Of a stretch of 64,000 nucleotides of DNA, positions 26,775-39,989 are shown one piece after another (the first letter of the stretch is position 1; each line of letters opens with the position of its first letter). Source of the DNA: Paraphysomonas bandaiensis (Eukaryota; Protista; Chrysophyceae); NCBI GenBank assembly GCA_965644295.1, contig CBFFRP010000182.1, positions 1-64,000 on the forward strand. Reading direction: 5' to 3'. The translations under genes were made by a program, and so were the position numbers. The notes beneath the pieces are model-generated. The model searched no databases and was not told where the DNA came from. It was given only the letters and a program-made list of their open reading frames with translations.

Positions 26775-27566
26775 TCAGGGTTGTAACCCACGCGTCGTCA
26801 GTAGTATATCGAGAGTTTGAAGTAAATCCTGGTCGTTGTTGTTTTGTATAAAAACTTGTCGAGCCGCGTCCAAACCGGTGTCATTATTAAGAGCTAATTC
26901 CTTCAACTGTCGTACTTTAAGGGGATCAAGTTTTGTGGATAGTTCGGAGATGAAGGAAAGGAGATCTGCGGTCATGCAGCGTTGGGCTTCATCTACATCA
27001 GTAAGTCAAGCTTAACACCATCAGTGTAATACTTCCCACCTATTAGAGGTCTTTTTGCATTACGGACAGTATCAGCATTTCCACATGACATCACTCCAGT
27101 TGATCCAAATCCACCTGCACCTCTTTCAGTCATAGGTAGCTCATCAACCTCTTCAATATCAGCAATAGCGATGCGCTCCAATATAAGCTGAGCAATTCTA
27201 TCACCGCGCGCAACTGGGAAATCCTCATCACTGTGATTGAACAGGACAACTCCGACATTTCCACGATAGTCATAGTCTACAACACCAGCACCAGTGTCGA
27301 TAAATTTCTTGAGTGCCAATCCGCTCCTGAATAATGAGAAGAGAATGAAAACGATCACATGTCACTATCATACCATACCTGGGAGCAATCCGGGCATAGG
27401 TATTCATAGGAATCGATATGGCTAAATCTGTTTTGACCAGACCCTTTCCCTTCGCAGGGATAACAGTCTCTTCGGCACTGCTTAAATCATATCCGGCTGA
27501 ATGCTGCGACCCTCTCACTGGAAGGATTGCGTTCTCAGACAGTTTCTTTACACAAATTTTCTCCAT
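26775..27566 (-). CDS. DUT: dUTPase with a C-terminal helical extension, three exons
   Basis: AGYDL, RIAPR|[20 protein letters not shown] and [10 protein letters not shown] motifs. A third exon adds ~70 aa. Confidence 0.93.
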
Positions 27567-27999
27567 GAATCTGGTTGAGGTGAGTGTACGAATAAAAGTG
27601 GATGAAACTCGACTCTGTGTTTTAAGCATACACGTTAATTGCATTAATACCCCACGAGCTGTCCATGCAACCCAATTAGACTTTATCAAACTTAAATTTT
27701 GAATACTGTAGTACCAGTACTAGAATATGGAATACACAATATACGAAACATAGCAAGAGTATTTTCAGTTTTCCTGTTCAAGATGCCAGATTCTCCAGAT
27801 CTCACACAAGTTTCAGTGCTGTCTGTTGAAGATATTTTATCAAGTCTAAAATGTGAAAAACTAAAAAGTAACGTCTGCAAAAATAAATGAATTTGTTTCA
27901 TTCAGCTTCGAAAATGGATTCAATTATAGAGTCCAGCAGTAACTTACATAACTCGTGGATAAGTCTAACCATTCACACCACACTTGACACTTTGAAATA

Positions 28000-29466
28000 A
28001 TGGCTCAGTACACGAAGCCGGCAAGGGTCACCTCCCAAATGGTGGATGACAAAATCAAACTGAGTAGAGCACTTGATGTTCAGAGGCGTGCATATACGGA
28101 ATTCTCGAATGAAAACTCGAAGTTACTTTATGCCGCAAATGCTCAGGCTAAAGTTGAAGCCAGGCGCCGTTTAGTTCAGCAAAATTTGTGTGCAATGGAA
28201 CAGCAGTATGAAGATAGAACGCGGGAGGAACAGTATCAGCGCCGCATGCAAGCAATGCAGAATCAGCAGAATGAGGCCCTTGCGGTTGAGTTCGACAGGG
28301 AGAAGAATGATGAGGAAAGGCGTGCCCGGGAAATTCAGCGTATATGCGAGGATGCTCCGGAGCTCCGGGATTTGGAGAGGGCACTCAAAATTGCTTACAT
28401 GAACAAAGACAGGGCCGCACAGCACCAAGAGAAACTTGCTCTCCAGGCAGCAGAGGAACGTCGCTTGCAAGCGATCGAGGAACAAATGGAGTACGATAGA
28501 CAAAATGCGATTGCAGCGGAAGCAGCGAAATTAGCTGAACGGAAAAAGATTTTCGAGGAGCAGCGCGCAGTTCTTCAGAAGCAGATTAAGGAAAGAGAGG
28601 AGCTGCTCAAAGAGGCTCAAAAGCAAGCAGAGTTAGATAAAAATATGGTTGATGATATTGTTCGAAAAATCAATGAAGAAGATCGACAGGATATGCTTGA
28701 ACGCAAAAGACGTCAAGAAGAAACCGCAGCGATGGTGCGTCGGTTTGAGGAGGAGAGGGCACAGGAGCTAGCTGCCCGCAAGGCGGCGGAGCGAGCAGAG
28801 GAAGAAAAGATCGCTGAGTACAACAGATACATGGAGGCCCGCAACGAAGGCGTAGCTGCTAAGAAACAGGCCAAAAAGGATGAAGAGGATCGTATATTAG
28901 CCAGGATTGTGGCGGAAACGGAGAAGAAACGTCAGGCGGAGGAAGAGTTCAACAATCTGCGCGATATGTTATGGGAAGAGGAGCTCGAAGCTAAGCGACG
29001 TGAACAGGACGAGGAGCGTCGTCGTAAGGCCCGTCATATGAAAGAAGAAATGATGAAAGCAAATGCTCAAATGATGGAAAACAAAGTAGTAGCCCGTCGT
29101 GCAGAAGCTGAAGCGGAGGCGCGCATGGTGGAATTGATGAAGAAAAAGTTTGCCGAAGATGAAGAGAGAGAGCGTGTGGAGGCTCAGCGCAGAAAAGAGG
29201 CCAAGATGCGGCATATGGAACTCATTGAGAAGCAGAGACTTGAAAGACGCAGTATGTATAATGCTGAGAAGGAAGCAGAGGCAGCGGAGGTTGCAGAGGC
29301 TCTCGAAAGGGAAGAATACCGCTTAAGAGTCATTAGAGAGGCGCGAAAGAGACTTCTGGAGGAACATGCAGCGAAACTGGAGGGGTACATGCCAACTGGG
29401 GCATTCAGCAATAAAGAGGAATATGAGGTTTTTCAAAAAGTGGCTAGTGAGTCGCTGCGGAAATAA
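28000..29466 (+). CDS. MNS1: Meiosis-specific nuclear structural protein 1 (TPH domain; ciliary microtubule inner protein)
   Basis: ELRDLERALKIAYMNKDRAAQ and C-terminal RLLEEHAAKLEGYMP motifs; long charged coiled coil. Confidence 0.85.
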   Translation: MAQYTKPARVTSQMVDDKIKLSRALDVQRRAYTEFSNENSKLLYAANAQAKVEARRRLVQQNLCAMEQQYEDRTREEQYQRRMQAMQNQQNEALAVEFDREKNDEERRAREIQRICEDAPELRDLERALKIAYMNKDRAAQHQEKLALQAAEERRLQAIEEQMEYDRQNAIAAEAAKLAERKKIFEEQRAVLQKQIKEREELLKEAQKQAELDKNMVDDIVRKINEEDRQDMLERKRRQEETAAMVRRFEEERAQELAARKAAERAEEEKIAEYNRYMEARNEGVAAKKQAKKDEEDRILARIVAETEKKRQAEEEFNNLRDMLWEEELEAKRREQDEERRRKARHMKEEMMKANAQMMENKVVARRAEAEAEARMVELMKKKFAEDEERERVEAQRRKEAKMRHMELIEKQRLERRSMYNAEKEAEAAEVAEALEREEYRLRVIREARKRLLEEHAAKLEGYMPTGAFSNKEEYEVFQKVASESLRK

Positions 29467-30492
29467 ATAGACCTAACTGACTGACTAAATCCTTTTATAA
29501 TACTGTGCACATAGTTGACTGGATGTCTAGGCAACCGATGTAGAAGCGCCTACTTGCCTCTTACTGTAACGGTGGACTTAGAATTGAACTTAAATGGGTA
29601 TATGACGTTTAGGCCATCGTAACGATAATATTTGATTATGTTTTATAATTTTGATTACCCTTACACACTAGCGACAATCGTCTGTCCATCGCTAAAAAAG
29701 CACATTACCGATTAATACATGTCCAAACAATGGGCATTAATAACGAGAAATTGCTGAGAATGCATAGTAATTATTAATACCAATATTATGCTTGGGAGTA
29801 GTATATATATCAGGGTCGAGGGAACAACATATCAGTAGTATTGTAAGTTACCTTCCCATTACGCGGAAGGAAATTGGGACTTCTCAGCTAGCATACATAG
29901 TACATATAATTTTGCAGCTTTGTAAGACACATGCTGACAATAAGAATAGTGTTATTTTCTTGTTTATCAGAGGATATCTTTGACAAAAACGACGTATACA
30001 TTATACACTATAATAAGTCCTTATAGTTTGTAAAATGCTAAAAAATAACAAACTAAAAAATAATTAATTTGCGAAATGGAAGGTTACTTATTCGTCGTCT
30101 TCTTGTATTAACTTAAGCTTTTAAGAGTGCAATATTGACTGATTGTTATTTCAAGTACGCACGTAGGAGTTGGTTGTAGTTCAATATCATGTGTGCATGT
30201 TGCTACGTAGTAATACTGCAGCTTCAAAAAGTTAAAGGAAACAAAGAGGTGAAGTGGTAAGACTTGATTCGACTGCAATGAATTTAGCTGGCTGGCCACT
30301 ATACGTTGGAGAGCCGGTCTGCTTAATTTTGTAGTATGATACGATACCATTCACGCTAGAGCATGTCATGCATCATGCAAAGTAGACTACAACCAATAAT
30401 AGACTACTTATTAACATTTCCAAACAAAAACGCTATCTGAACGTTTATTAATGTATTCGCCTTAACATGTGCAGCTTCTTACTGTGTCGTTC

Positions 30493-31640
30493 TTACTCCT
30501 CCATTCTAGAGTCGTTTGGTGTATCCTCATCGTTATCATTGGTCTGAGAGTTTGGAGAGGGTTCTGTTTCTTTAGACTTTTCTATTTGCTCAACTCCCGC
30601 CGATCTGTCCAGCACTTCGTCCACATCAATAAACTTAATTTTATTGTTCAAAAGTGTGTGCAGTGCAATAACCGCACGCACAAGTGAAGACAGATACATT
30701 GCGAGGTGCATGTCGTTGGTTTTAACCTGAAGAGACCGCACAAGCTCATCGACATTTAAGTTCGGAAGAAGATTGAAAATATTCTGAAGGTTGTAAAGGA
30801 TTCTGTTGTTCATTGGAAGGCGTCCCTCCAGAACATTCACGAGGTACGTTCGAATTTCTTCAAGTCGTCCAACTAGCCCTGAAAGCCCCGAGACTTTTTG
30901 TCGTATCTGCATAGCCAGGGTACTAGTAGAAGGATCGTTGATATCCCGAAGCAGGTGCTCTACACCTACCTGAAATGGTTGGTAAGGGTTGTCATAGGGC
31001 GATTTTATTAATATACAGCATCGCACTATACCTCTTCGGCTTCTTCTGCCTCAATTCTGCAGCTGATATGTTTGAAAACTCGTTCGATTTCTTTTCCATT
31101 TGATTGAACCTCCTCGACCGCAAGATAAGCGGTAGTTGGGATTTCTTTCACACCTGGACGCACATCAATGATCACGAAGACTGGGTCTTTCACAAGGGTG
31201 CGGAATAGGGTATCAATCTACATGAAAACAGATTAAAAAACACCCTAGCGATATAAAGTACTGTGAACCTTCAAATCATTCTCACGAATCTTTGGTCCAC
31301 TACTGTAAAATCCAACTATCTCTTCTCTTGCTGTTCAATGCGTCATCTAATTACAACAAACAAACGACATTTACTTACTGTTAACTTTCTTAAACATCCA
31401 AAACATCGTGTCCAAAAAATTATGATCCAAAAACCAAACCGAGGGATTACGAAGGTCTTCTTCGAAAGGAACAGCAAAGCTATTTGTGACATCAACCTCG
31501 TGTTTGGTCTTGGATCCTAACAGCACTCCCACTACACGCTTACGAGTGTCTTTCGCCACACGGTTGTAGTGATCTGCCACTGATAGCAGAACTAATGGGT
31601 GGATAATGACCTCCGTTTGGGGAGATGCGTCAGTCAGCAT
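30493..31640 (-). CDS. PSMD7: 26S proteasome lid subunit RPN8, multi-exon
   Basis: [58 protein letters not shown]. Confidence 0.96.
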
Positions 31641-32051
31641 TATAGTGGCTCTATCTTATGGAAATGGATCTATTGTACGATACTATGCGTCTTGATATGA
31701 GTATGTATATATGTATATATATTCATGCATTGCATACTGCTGCTTCCGGCCCAACACTGCTTGCACTTTTATGACAGTCTGCATAGGCAATATAAATCCC
31801 CAATTTTTGATCTATGCAATAGTTTAATGAGAAAATAGAGTTTCCTGTGAGAATATATCCAGTTTTTAAATAGTCCAGAAAGGGAAAACCAGCATTTTAC
31901 ATGTTTCCAATGGACTGTACGTTTAAAACCCCTTTGATTGCAATATACGAATATGCATACATATGCAGTCCATCATTCACTGTGCTGTTTATAATAGCAA
32001 CTACATTGATACAGACTAGGTGTGCACTATTACCAGCTGTCTATATATAAA

Positions 32052-33649
32052 ATGAGTATTCAAATCAAACTTCCTTATACTGATAGTGTCGATAGCTTTG
32101 AGGATGCAATAGACCTTCATAGGCGTGATACGAGCACTCTATTAGCTACAATTAAAGATGCATGTAGCTTTTTATCCTTCTCTAATACAGTGCATTCACC
32201 TAATGTAGAGTCATCCGGCCAGGACAGTCCCGTGGCATGGCATGACAGGCGACTGATTTTCGCCACTGCTATTCGAAATTCAATTTTCCTTTACAATCAA
32301 CTGAAAGGCGCGTGGCACAGTCCTCCACTCAAATTTGGGTCAAGGAAAACTAAAGTATTTTGTCTTTCATGGGCTGCTAAATCCGACACGCTAGTTGCGG
32401 GTACCACTGAAGGTTATGACTGTCACAGCTGTTGAGTCCGTTAAACTCAATATTATATTTTGACAGGCTTATATGTATGGCGATTTGGCAGCCTTTCTTC
32501 GGATAATATTGAGCATATAAATCCGTCTGTATCTCAGTTACCATGTTATTTGTCACTTTTTCCGCAAAAGCAGTATATCCGTGCCTTACAAAATTGCCCC
32601 CATGGGCGACTGTTTTGTACGCTGTCGTCATTAGGTATAGGGTCATCTACAGTCTTACGATTCGTTTTAAATTTCGTGTATGCAGAAGGTGACAGGTGCG
32701 CACGGCTACTTATTTGGGATTTATTTACTCTGGATTGTACTGAGCTGGATATCCTTCCCAGTGGAATCGGAGCAAGCGGTCTGGTGATAAATTGGTCCCC
32801 AAGTGGCGAGTATATTGCTATAGGAACCAGGTACTGAAGTTATACTTCTTAATATTATAGATAGATATTAGTGGTTTTGTATGTGCAATGTATATTTTCT
32901 GCAGTGTATGGCACTGACAAATTGAATTATTGTCGCAGTCTTGGTAACGTGTTAGTAGTCGACTGCGAGACGTGGGATCACACTCTTTTGTGTTCTCTCT
33001 CATCAGCAATCACCAACCTCCAGTGGTGTTCGCACTGTGATATTATTGTGTCGTCCCAATCATCTCTCCTTCTCCACGTTATCAGTGTTTCCAACCCCAA
33101 GACAAGGAGACACGCAGAGTCCCGTGCAGTGAAATTACCTGAGCCCATATGTGGAGATGTATCGCCCTGTCCACTTGACCTCAATGCATATCTCCAGGAT
33201 ATTTTAGATGATTTGAAGCACACTCAGCAAGATGTGCTTCCAATAGATGGGGGCAACTATGAGGTCGCGTGTATCGGCGTCGATATTACCGAGGGATTCA
33301 TGGCTGTGGCATTCCGACATATCAAAGAAAATAAAGTTTTACCTTTCATCGCCCTATCCGTTTTTCGAAGCCGGCCTTTTCTTACAATATCTCTTGTGAG
33401 GTGAGAATGACTAAATTGCACGTATTTTATGAGCTTAATGATATATTTCTCAGAGTAATAGCAGCCACTGCTGACGCTGGAGCTGAAGCACACCCCATCA
33501 AACTAATGTTTCGGCCATTTATCGTAGATGATAATACTAGAGGTTGTAGTACAGCGGGTTCAAGTTCATTGACTAGCATTTATACATCAACCCTACTGGT
33601 TGTATGGTCTACTGAAGTTATATCTTTGGAATTGTGCTCTGTTAAGTAA
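32052..33649 (+). CDS. WD40 protein, Aladin (AAAS)-like
   Basis: WD40 blades FATAIRNSIFLY, VFCLSWA..TLVAG, LLIWDL, WSPSGEYIAIGT; several short introns. Aladin similarity judged by eye. Confidence 0.5.
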
Positions 33650-33951
33650 GGCGACTGTGATATTGGTCGTAAAATATATATCACAATGAAAATAGAGTTA
33701 TATATGAGCGTATTACTTAAACAAAACAATTGCACGACAACACGTCGATACAGTAGCCAAACAACTTCATTCTTTCAAATTCACACACAAAGTGAAGGAT
33801 TTTATAACATCATACTTAGCTTTAATTTTTTGAAATAAATTACGCAAAATTTGTTGAGTAAGATGTTAAGTTGAACGGTTGAGTATTTGTTGGAGAACAA
33901 CAAGTAAACTTATGATATCGCAGGCCTGGTAACCAGTTCCCGGCAACTATA

Positions 33952-35648
33952 TTGAGAGTCTTATTATTTAGCAGTAGGCGTTAAAAATCTGCACCACCAA
34001 TGTAGCGGCTAGTTGAATGCTAGACAGACTATTTAGACCTCTATCCATAACTAATCAGCACAAACTCTGATGAGTCTGAATGGACATATGAAGACAAAGG
34101 AATTTACATTGCCGACGCAGTAGCAGGAGAGGAGTGGCTTGAGGTAGATAGACTACTCGGGCGACAAAATTACACTGTCTGTAACATAGAAGTGGACTAA
34201 GTCATTGAGAGAATACTCACCGAGGGCTTATGGCACTGGCGCATATAACTGGGGAACGACGGCCGTATCGCACTAGCCCCCTGCTCACGGATTTCCAATC
34301 CCTCCGCAATCAACGGACGCTGGAGGCCTACACAGCCCTCAGAGACCAACGCTACGGTCACAATCCTGGCCGGGCTCCTGAATACTGGAAAGAGAGCAGA
34401 GCACTACTTCCGCACAAACTGGCGCAAGCAGATGGAGGACCATCAAATGACAAAGTGAGTTCCCACCTGCGCCAGCGAGTACTCAATGCAGCACTGAAAT
34501 GGGACAAATCCTTCAGCATAGGAAGAAACCGGGCGAAAACCAAACACGGACTCGACATGGCTAAAGCCGCATGTGCTGACTGCGGATTTAGACTAGACTC
34601 ACTCAAGCATATGTGTCTAGGCTGTACAAATGACACCATAACGCAGATAAGGGAGTCTGCATTTCACAGTCACAAAAACGCGCTTCAAGAAGAACTGAGA
34701 AATTCGGTACTACCCCAATGGACCACCACTGCACTACAGCGGCTCTCCAGCAGGGCCTGGAATCCCTCCGTTCCGCAGGTGGAGAGATTCTGGACGGGTA
34801 CTATCACAACTGCACAACTCGAAACGGTATTTGGAGATCACATCCATAAGACACTGACTCCCCAAGGACTGCGCAGCATCGAACAGGGCGAAACTCACAC
34901 ACAACATTAAGAACGGAAGTGGTTTAACCTTGGTGCTTGCGGCGACGCACAAGCAGCTTCTGTAGCGCTAAATAGTAGGATAATAGAATTTGTGCTGATT
35001 AGTTATGGGTAGAGGTCTAGCTATAGTAGATCTAGCATTCAACTAGCCACTATATCGGAACGAGTTTTTAACGCCTATATTGCTAAATAAAAAGACCTTC
35101 AATATATAGCACAAACTCTATTATCCTACTATTTAGCGCTACAGAAGCTGCTTGTGCGTCGCCGCAAGCACCAAAGTACGACCACTTCCGTTCTTAATGT
35201 TGATTGTGAGTTTCGCCATGATCGTGTGTCCCAGGACTTATTGGCGCGTGTTATCAGGGGGTCTCCCCTTGGGATGAGATTCCACTATGGGCTTTGTGGT
35301 GGTACTGGGTCCTGAGTGTACCGAGTGCTAGGTGTGCGGGCTGAGAGTTGGGCGGGGAGTTGGAATGTGAATGTGGCGCAGTCTCAGTGCACTGTTTGGG
35401 CCTCCGGCATAGGTAGAGTTGTGGGAGACGGCGTCGTAATCGAGGGCCTGAGGGTTTTGTGGAGGACGGTGATATGTTCCTGCGGGTATGAGCGGTGGGC
35501 GGTGGTCCAGCCTCGGGTTGTTTGAGGACACTGATAGTAATCGTAGCACCCTTGGGCGTTTCCATGACTGCCTACGAGTATCCTAGGGGGTCCTTTGTGT
35601 AGGGTAGTATATCGGCGACTGCGATCTTGTATCATGAGCATTGCTCAT
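33952..35648 (-). mobile_element. 5'-truncated non-LTR retrotransposon (host copy), interrupted by a second copy
   Basis: Flanked by the 10-bp direct repeat GGCAACTATA (33942-33951, 35649-35658). Its 3' end is split into 35108-35217 and 33952-34068 and matches the 3' end of the inserted copy. Confidence 0.7.
34069..35107 (+). mobile_element. 5'-truncated non-LTR retrotransposon (RNase H tail + C-terminal zinc knuckle + 3' UTR) nested in the host copy
   Basis: WTYEDKGIYIADAVAG (RNase H C-terminus-like) and CADCGFRLDSLKHMCLGC knuckle. 12-bp TSD AGCACAAACTCT at 34057-34068 and 35108-35119. Stops and a frameshift are present. Confidence 0.75.
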
Positions 35649-37562
35649 GGCAACTATAATGGCCTGTGATGTCGTGATAATGTGATTGTCGCAGAACAGT
35701 TACCATCAATGCCAGCATTTTCTCTACACTATAGGGCTATATTCCATTTTAGTAATAGTCGTTGAAATTTCATGATTACAAAACCCACTATGCTGCCAAG
35801 CAAAGCCTATCTACTGCTTTTAGCCTCTGATTCAAGCTACTTCAAAATTAATAGCAAGTTATATGCATCCGGCAACAAGTGTCGGCTAGAAACAGCATAA
35901 TACTTATTATAGCGGGATGAATGGATAAATAGCTGCATAACTCGTGTGTATATTTCTTATATTTTGAGCTGACTGATATATATTGGTATAATGGTTAAGT
36001 GTAAGGAATGAATCCAGATTAATATAATGTGTGACCGTTATATAGCTTCTCAGTGTGGGGGACGGGTGCACAGCGATTTCATGAAATATATCCATCTTCA
36101 AGCACTTCAATAACGAGTAGCTTCATAAAAGGCTTGGTGGCTAGATCAGTTGATATACTAGTACTTGCACGCATGCCAATGTAGTGATGAAATGGATTGC
36201 TTATATTATATGCTTACATGATAATTGGTAATTATATATACTAGTCTATAAGAAGGAAGGAATTGCCTGACTGGAGGAACCTTGCCTATGAATAGATATC
36301 ATCTGCCCTAGAAGATTAATTCCTTAATTGATCACAATCTTATCACTGGTTGAATCACAATATTCAGCGCTGCTGATGCATCAGGGATAGGTAAAACCCA
36401 TCTGCTGTAGGATCAGCAGGGACGTGTTCATCACTTATATTATACAAATTGATGAACAACGTGAAGAAAAAGGTTGTTCTGCGTTTTCGAAACCATGTAG
36501 TTTTTTGTTGGAGCACGTAAGTCGTTTTAGAAAGTCTGGTGCAAAATATGATGAGGTAGCGACTGCAGTTCACTCAAAATATTGTGCGCATAGACACTCA
36601 TTTCAACGGGAACCGTGACCCTCGACCTAGTTCGTGGTGTTCTGGGCAATATGTACAGGAGATATTTCTCTGGGAATTTAATGTGAGCCGCATATATAGT
36701 TAGCATATATTGTTCTGTCCACGCATAGCCTAATGCTTGTGCGGTGCAACAAGGGGCACAACTAAGTGACAATTGTGAAGCGTTGAGATTAATAATTACA
36801 TATCTTACTTAAAAGTACGTTGAGTGCAACAAAGCAAGGTTAAGATTTAGTGTAGAGCAAGGCTAACTTCAATATATGTTCAATTCTAACATATTTAAAT
36901 TCATGTAGTATTACTATGTCTGTGATTTACTTCCAGTGCATGGTGCATGGTACAGCTATGTAAGTTATGATAGAGTTGTAAGTAAAGTAATGTTGACTAA
37001 GTTTATCAATACATGTTTCACTTCTACATGCTCGCATTATACCTGTATATACTCTGCACTGTTTCTTAGTTCCTTATATCATATTTCATATCCAATAATA
37101 TACTTCCGAAAAGGCAATTATGGTCAGATGGTCAGCATAGCGCTGCCGACCAGCAGTTGATTCCACCCTTCAATAAAAGGTGTAAATCTCAAACAAAGCA
37201 TAGCAAAATTTTGGCAACAATTTGAAGAACCATTGTATCAATTTATTATAGCAATGAGCAAAATTTAGAACTACATTTCTAGTAAAATAATGCGCATGAA
37301 AGGAATAAGTTGAATAACAGACATAAAAAGCAATGGGCAAACAAAAAAATACAACTATTGTTGCAGATTTGAACACGAATCAGACACTATTCAAATATAG
37401 GACCATCAGAGAACACATTGTAGCATTGCGCACATGCGAGGTTATACAGACCACGCAAGCACAATAATGTAAAGTATATAACGAACATCTAAAAAGCAAT
37501 TGAGTAGAGTACATAACGGAAAGCTAAAGACAATGGAAAGTCAATAAAAAGTCAATAAAACT

Positions 37563-38351
37563 CTAGAAAAATAAGTCAGAATTGCTGGCCACGAAGCTGA
37601 AATCCTTATAGTCTTCGTTGCCTGGAATATCAGAAGCAATAGATGCGAAATCTTCCTCGGTACACAGTTCGAAGTCAGTAGCACTGCCCCCAAAATCCCC
37701 CATTCCAAGGGTGCTATCAAATATAGTGTCGTCAAAAGAATTTCTAAGAGCATGGAAATTAGCAGGCACAGGACGTGACTGGGATTCGACAAAGGCTTTT
37801 ACATTTGTGTACGAGACATGAGACATGCCAGGGATTGATCGGAGTAAACGCTCATAGATGAATGTAGCAGCAGTCTCAGTGATGTCAGGAGAAAGCATTC
37901 GAATCACATTGGTGTCATCATGTGGTGTTGGTACGTGCTCAGAGGAACTTGATTCCGACTCGGAGTCTGTCGCAATTGGTGTACATGGAGAGTGCGATTC
38001 ACTCATGCACCCCTCGAAGAGCTGTTCTGTATCGTTCACAGAGTTAGTGTGGGGCTCAAACAATGAAAGTCGCAAGTCCTGGTCGTTAGAAGAACACTCA
38101 GACACTGTGTCACATTCACTGCGTCCGAAACTTGATTTGTTGCAGTCATCAAACTGAATACTGCTGAAGTCTGATTCACTGGGCCATATTTCATCCATAT
38201 CATAATGATCGTCATCCATGAAACGATTACATGCCGTGTAATGTACACTAGCATTCCACTCTTCAATCTCCTGTCGTGCTCTCTTCACCTTCCCGCTTGT
38301 TGCGTTATCATTGCAGAACACGACACTACTACCAGTACGCTTCTTACTCAT
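37563..38351 (-). CDS. Hypothetical acidic, Ser-rich protein
   Basis: Intact 262-aa ORF divergent from the AKR gene; no family recognised. Confidence 0.55.
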   Translation of the reverse strand: MSKKRTGSSVVFCNDNATSGKVKRARQEIEEWNASVHYTACNRFMDDDHYDMDEIWPSESDFSSIQFDDCNKSSFGRSECDTVSECSSNDQDLRLSLFEPHTNSVNDTEQLFEGCMSESHSPCTPIATDSESESSSSEHVPTPHDDTNVIRMLSPDITETAATFIYERLLRSIPGMSHVSYTNVKAFVESQSRPVPANFHALRNSFDDTIFDSTLGMGDFGGSATDFELCTEEDFASIASDIPGNEDYKDFSFVASNSDLFF

Positions 38352-38977
38352 TCCTCACTAGTCAATATTACGGTGTCAGTATGAGACTCCGGTTATATAC
38401 TCCGCTCATTCGTTATATGTATGTTGTTGCTTTATAATGTGAGCGATGTGTGGGATGGTTGCAGTTCCGCTCCCATTGAGGTGGATGTATGTGCCATTTG
38501 GATCCAAGTGCGCACTGCTGTGCATACGAGTAGATACTAAAACTGAATATATTATGTAGAGATTCCTGATGCTGTAGAACTGGACATGATGCCGTATGAC
38601 ATTGTAGTACAATGCCACCGTTCTACACTCCTGAAACATTATCGCTCAGGCTAAAATATTGGGATTTTTGTTTGTTCAACATATGAAAAAAGCCAGATTT
38701 TTGCGACATGCTGATGCTAGGAATTCCTACATGTATACACCATACTGTGTAGGTATACCGTTTACGAGGGTATGGGAATCCAATTCTAGAATTCAACTCA
38801 TAGAATTTCTATGTATATCTACTTGCCGATCATTGATAATTCTTGAATCAAGTATATCCATTCTTTTAAACCCAGAAAAAGCATGGAATTCTAAATTTGA
38901 TATGAACTTTGCCAATCTACTGAATCAAACAAAGATAAAACCAGTCTTAAGATAATAACAAGTCCTAATCAATAACT

Positions 38978-39989
38978 ATGGGAGACTGTGATTCTTTTCG
39001 AAATTGCGAATTAAGTAATGGTGTGGTTATGCCAACTGTTGGATTCGGCGCTGCATTTGGCAACTGGGTTGACAAGTCTCAGTTCATGGGGTTTCGGCCT
39101 GAATTGGGGTACGCAGCCATACCTGCTGCATTGAGAGCCGGTTATAGGCATTTCGACTGTGCTCTAATATATGGATCCCATCGAGTAGTAGGATCTGCTA
39201 TTGGCCAGAAAATGGCTGCTGATAGCACTGACAGATCTGAATTTTTTATAACCACGAAGGTTTTTCATCCACCCACAGATATGGCATTAAATCATATCAA
39301 CAGAACTCTTGACATGACTGACTCTACTATTGACATCAAGACTCGTGTTTGGACCGATTTTGAACGATGTTTAGATGAGCTTTCGTTTGGTTACGTTGAT
39401 CTGTTGCTAATGCATTGGGTGAGACAACACCTCATTTATTGGCATATCTAACTTTTTATATAAGCCAGGGGCATTCAATACCACGGATGAAGCCGCTGGT
39501 CGTCAACGTAGAAAAGAATGTTGGGAGGCATTTGAGGAGATATACGCGTCCGGAAAGGCTCGTGCAATAGGTGTATCGAATTTTCAAGTTAAACATCTGC
39601 GTACTCTCTTGGAGGATGCAAAGGTGGCTCCTATGGTCAATCAAATTGAAATTAACCCATACATCACTCAACCTGAAACTGTTGATTTTTGTCGAAAGCA
39701 TAACATTCAGTTGGTTGCATGGGCACCTTTCGGTTCCGGAGGCACTGGTGTTCTAGAAGAGCCGCTTATAGCCAGTATCGCTGCAAAATACAACAAGAAT
39801 GCTGGACAAATCATTTTGCGTTGGTTGATACAACAAAATATTGCTGTGCTTCCTAAAAGTTCTAATGAGAGCAGAATGAGAAGCAACCTTGGGATATACG
39901 ATTTCTGTTTGGAAGATGACGAAATTAAAAGAATCAATGCCTTAGACAGGAATTTAAGTTCTGTTTCTACATCTGAGAATATTGCGTGA
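38978..39989 (+). CDS. Aldo-keto reductase, one intron
   Basis: MPTVGFG, GYRHFDCALIY, FITTK, YVDLLLMHW|P, AIGVSNF, VNQIEINP, QIILRW, VLPKSS. Confidence 0.95.

Noticed and set aside
34067-34100. Hammerhead ribozyme core CTGATGA (Penelope-like)
   Set aside because: No GAAA follows the putative stem II, and the motif straddles a TSD/coding junction.
33947-35217. DIRS-like inverted terminal repeats with an internal complementary region
   Set aside because: Two separate TSD pairs explain the inverted repeats as nested opposite-strand copies, and no tyrosine recombinase is seen.
36424-36780. Possible transposase remnant
   Set aside because: Only vague resemblance across broken frames; no diagnostic motif or termini.
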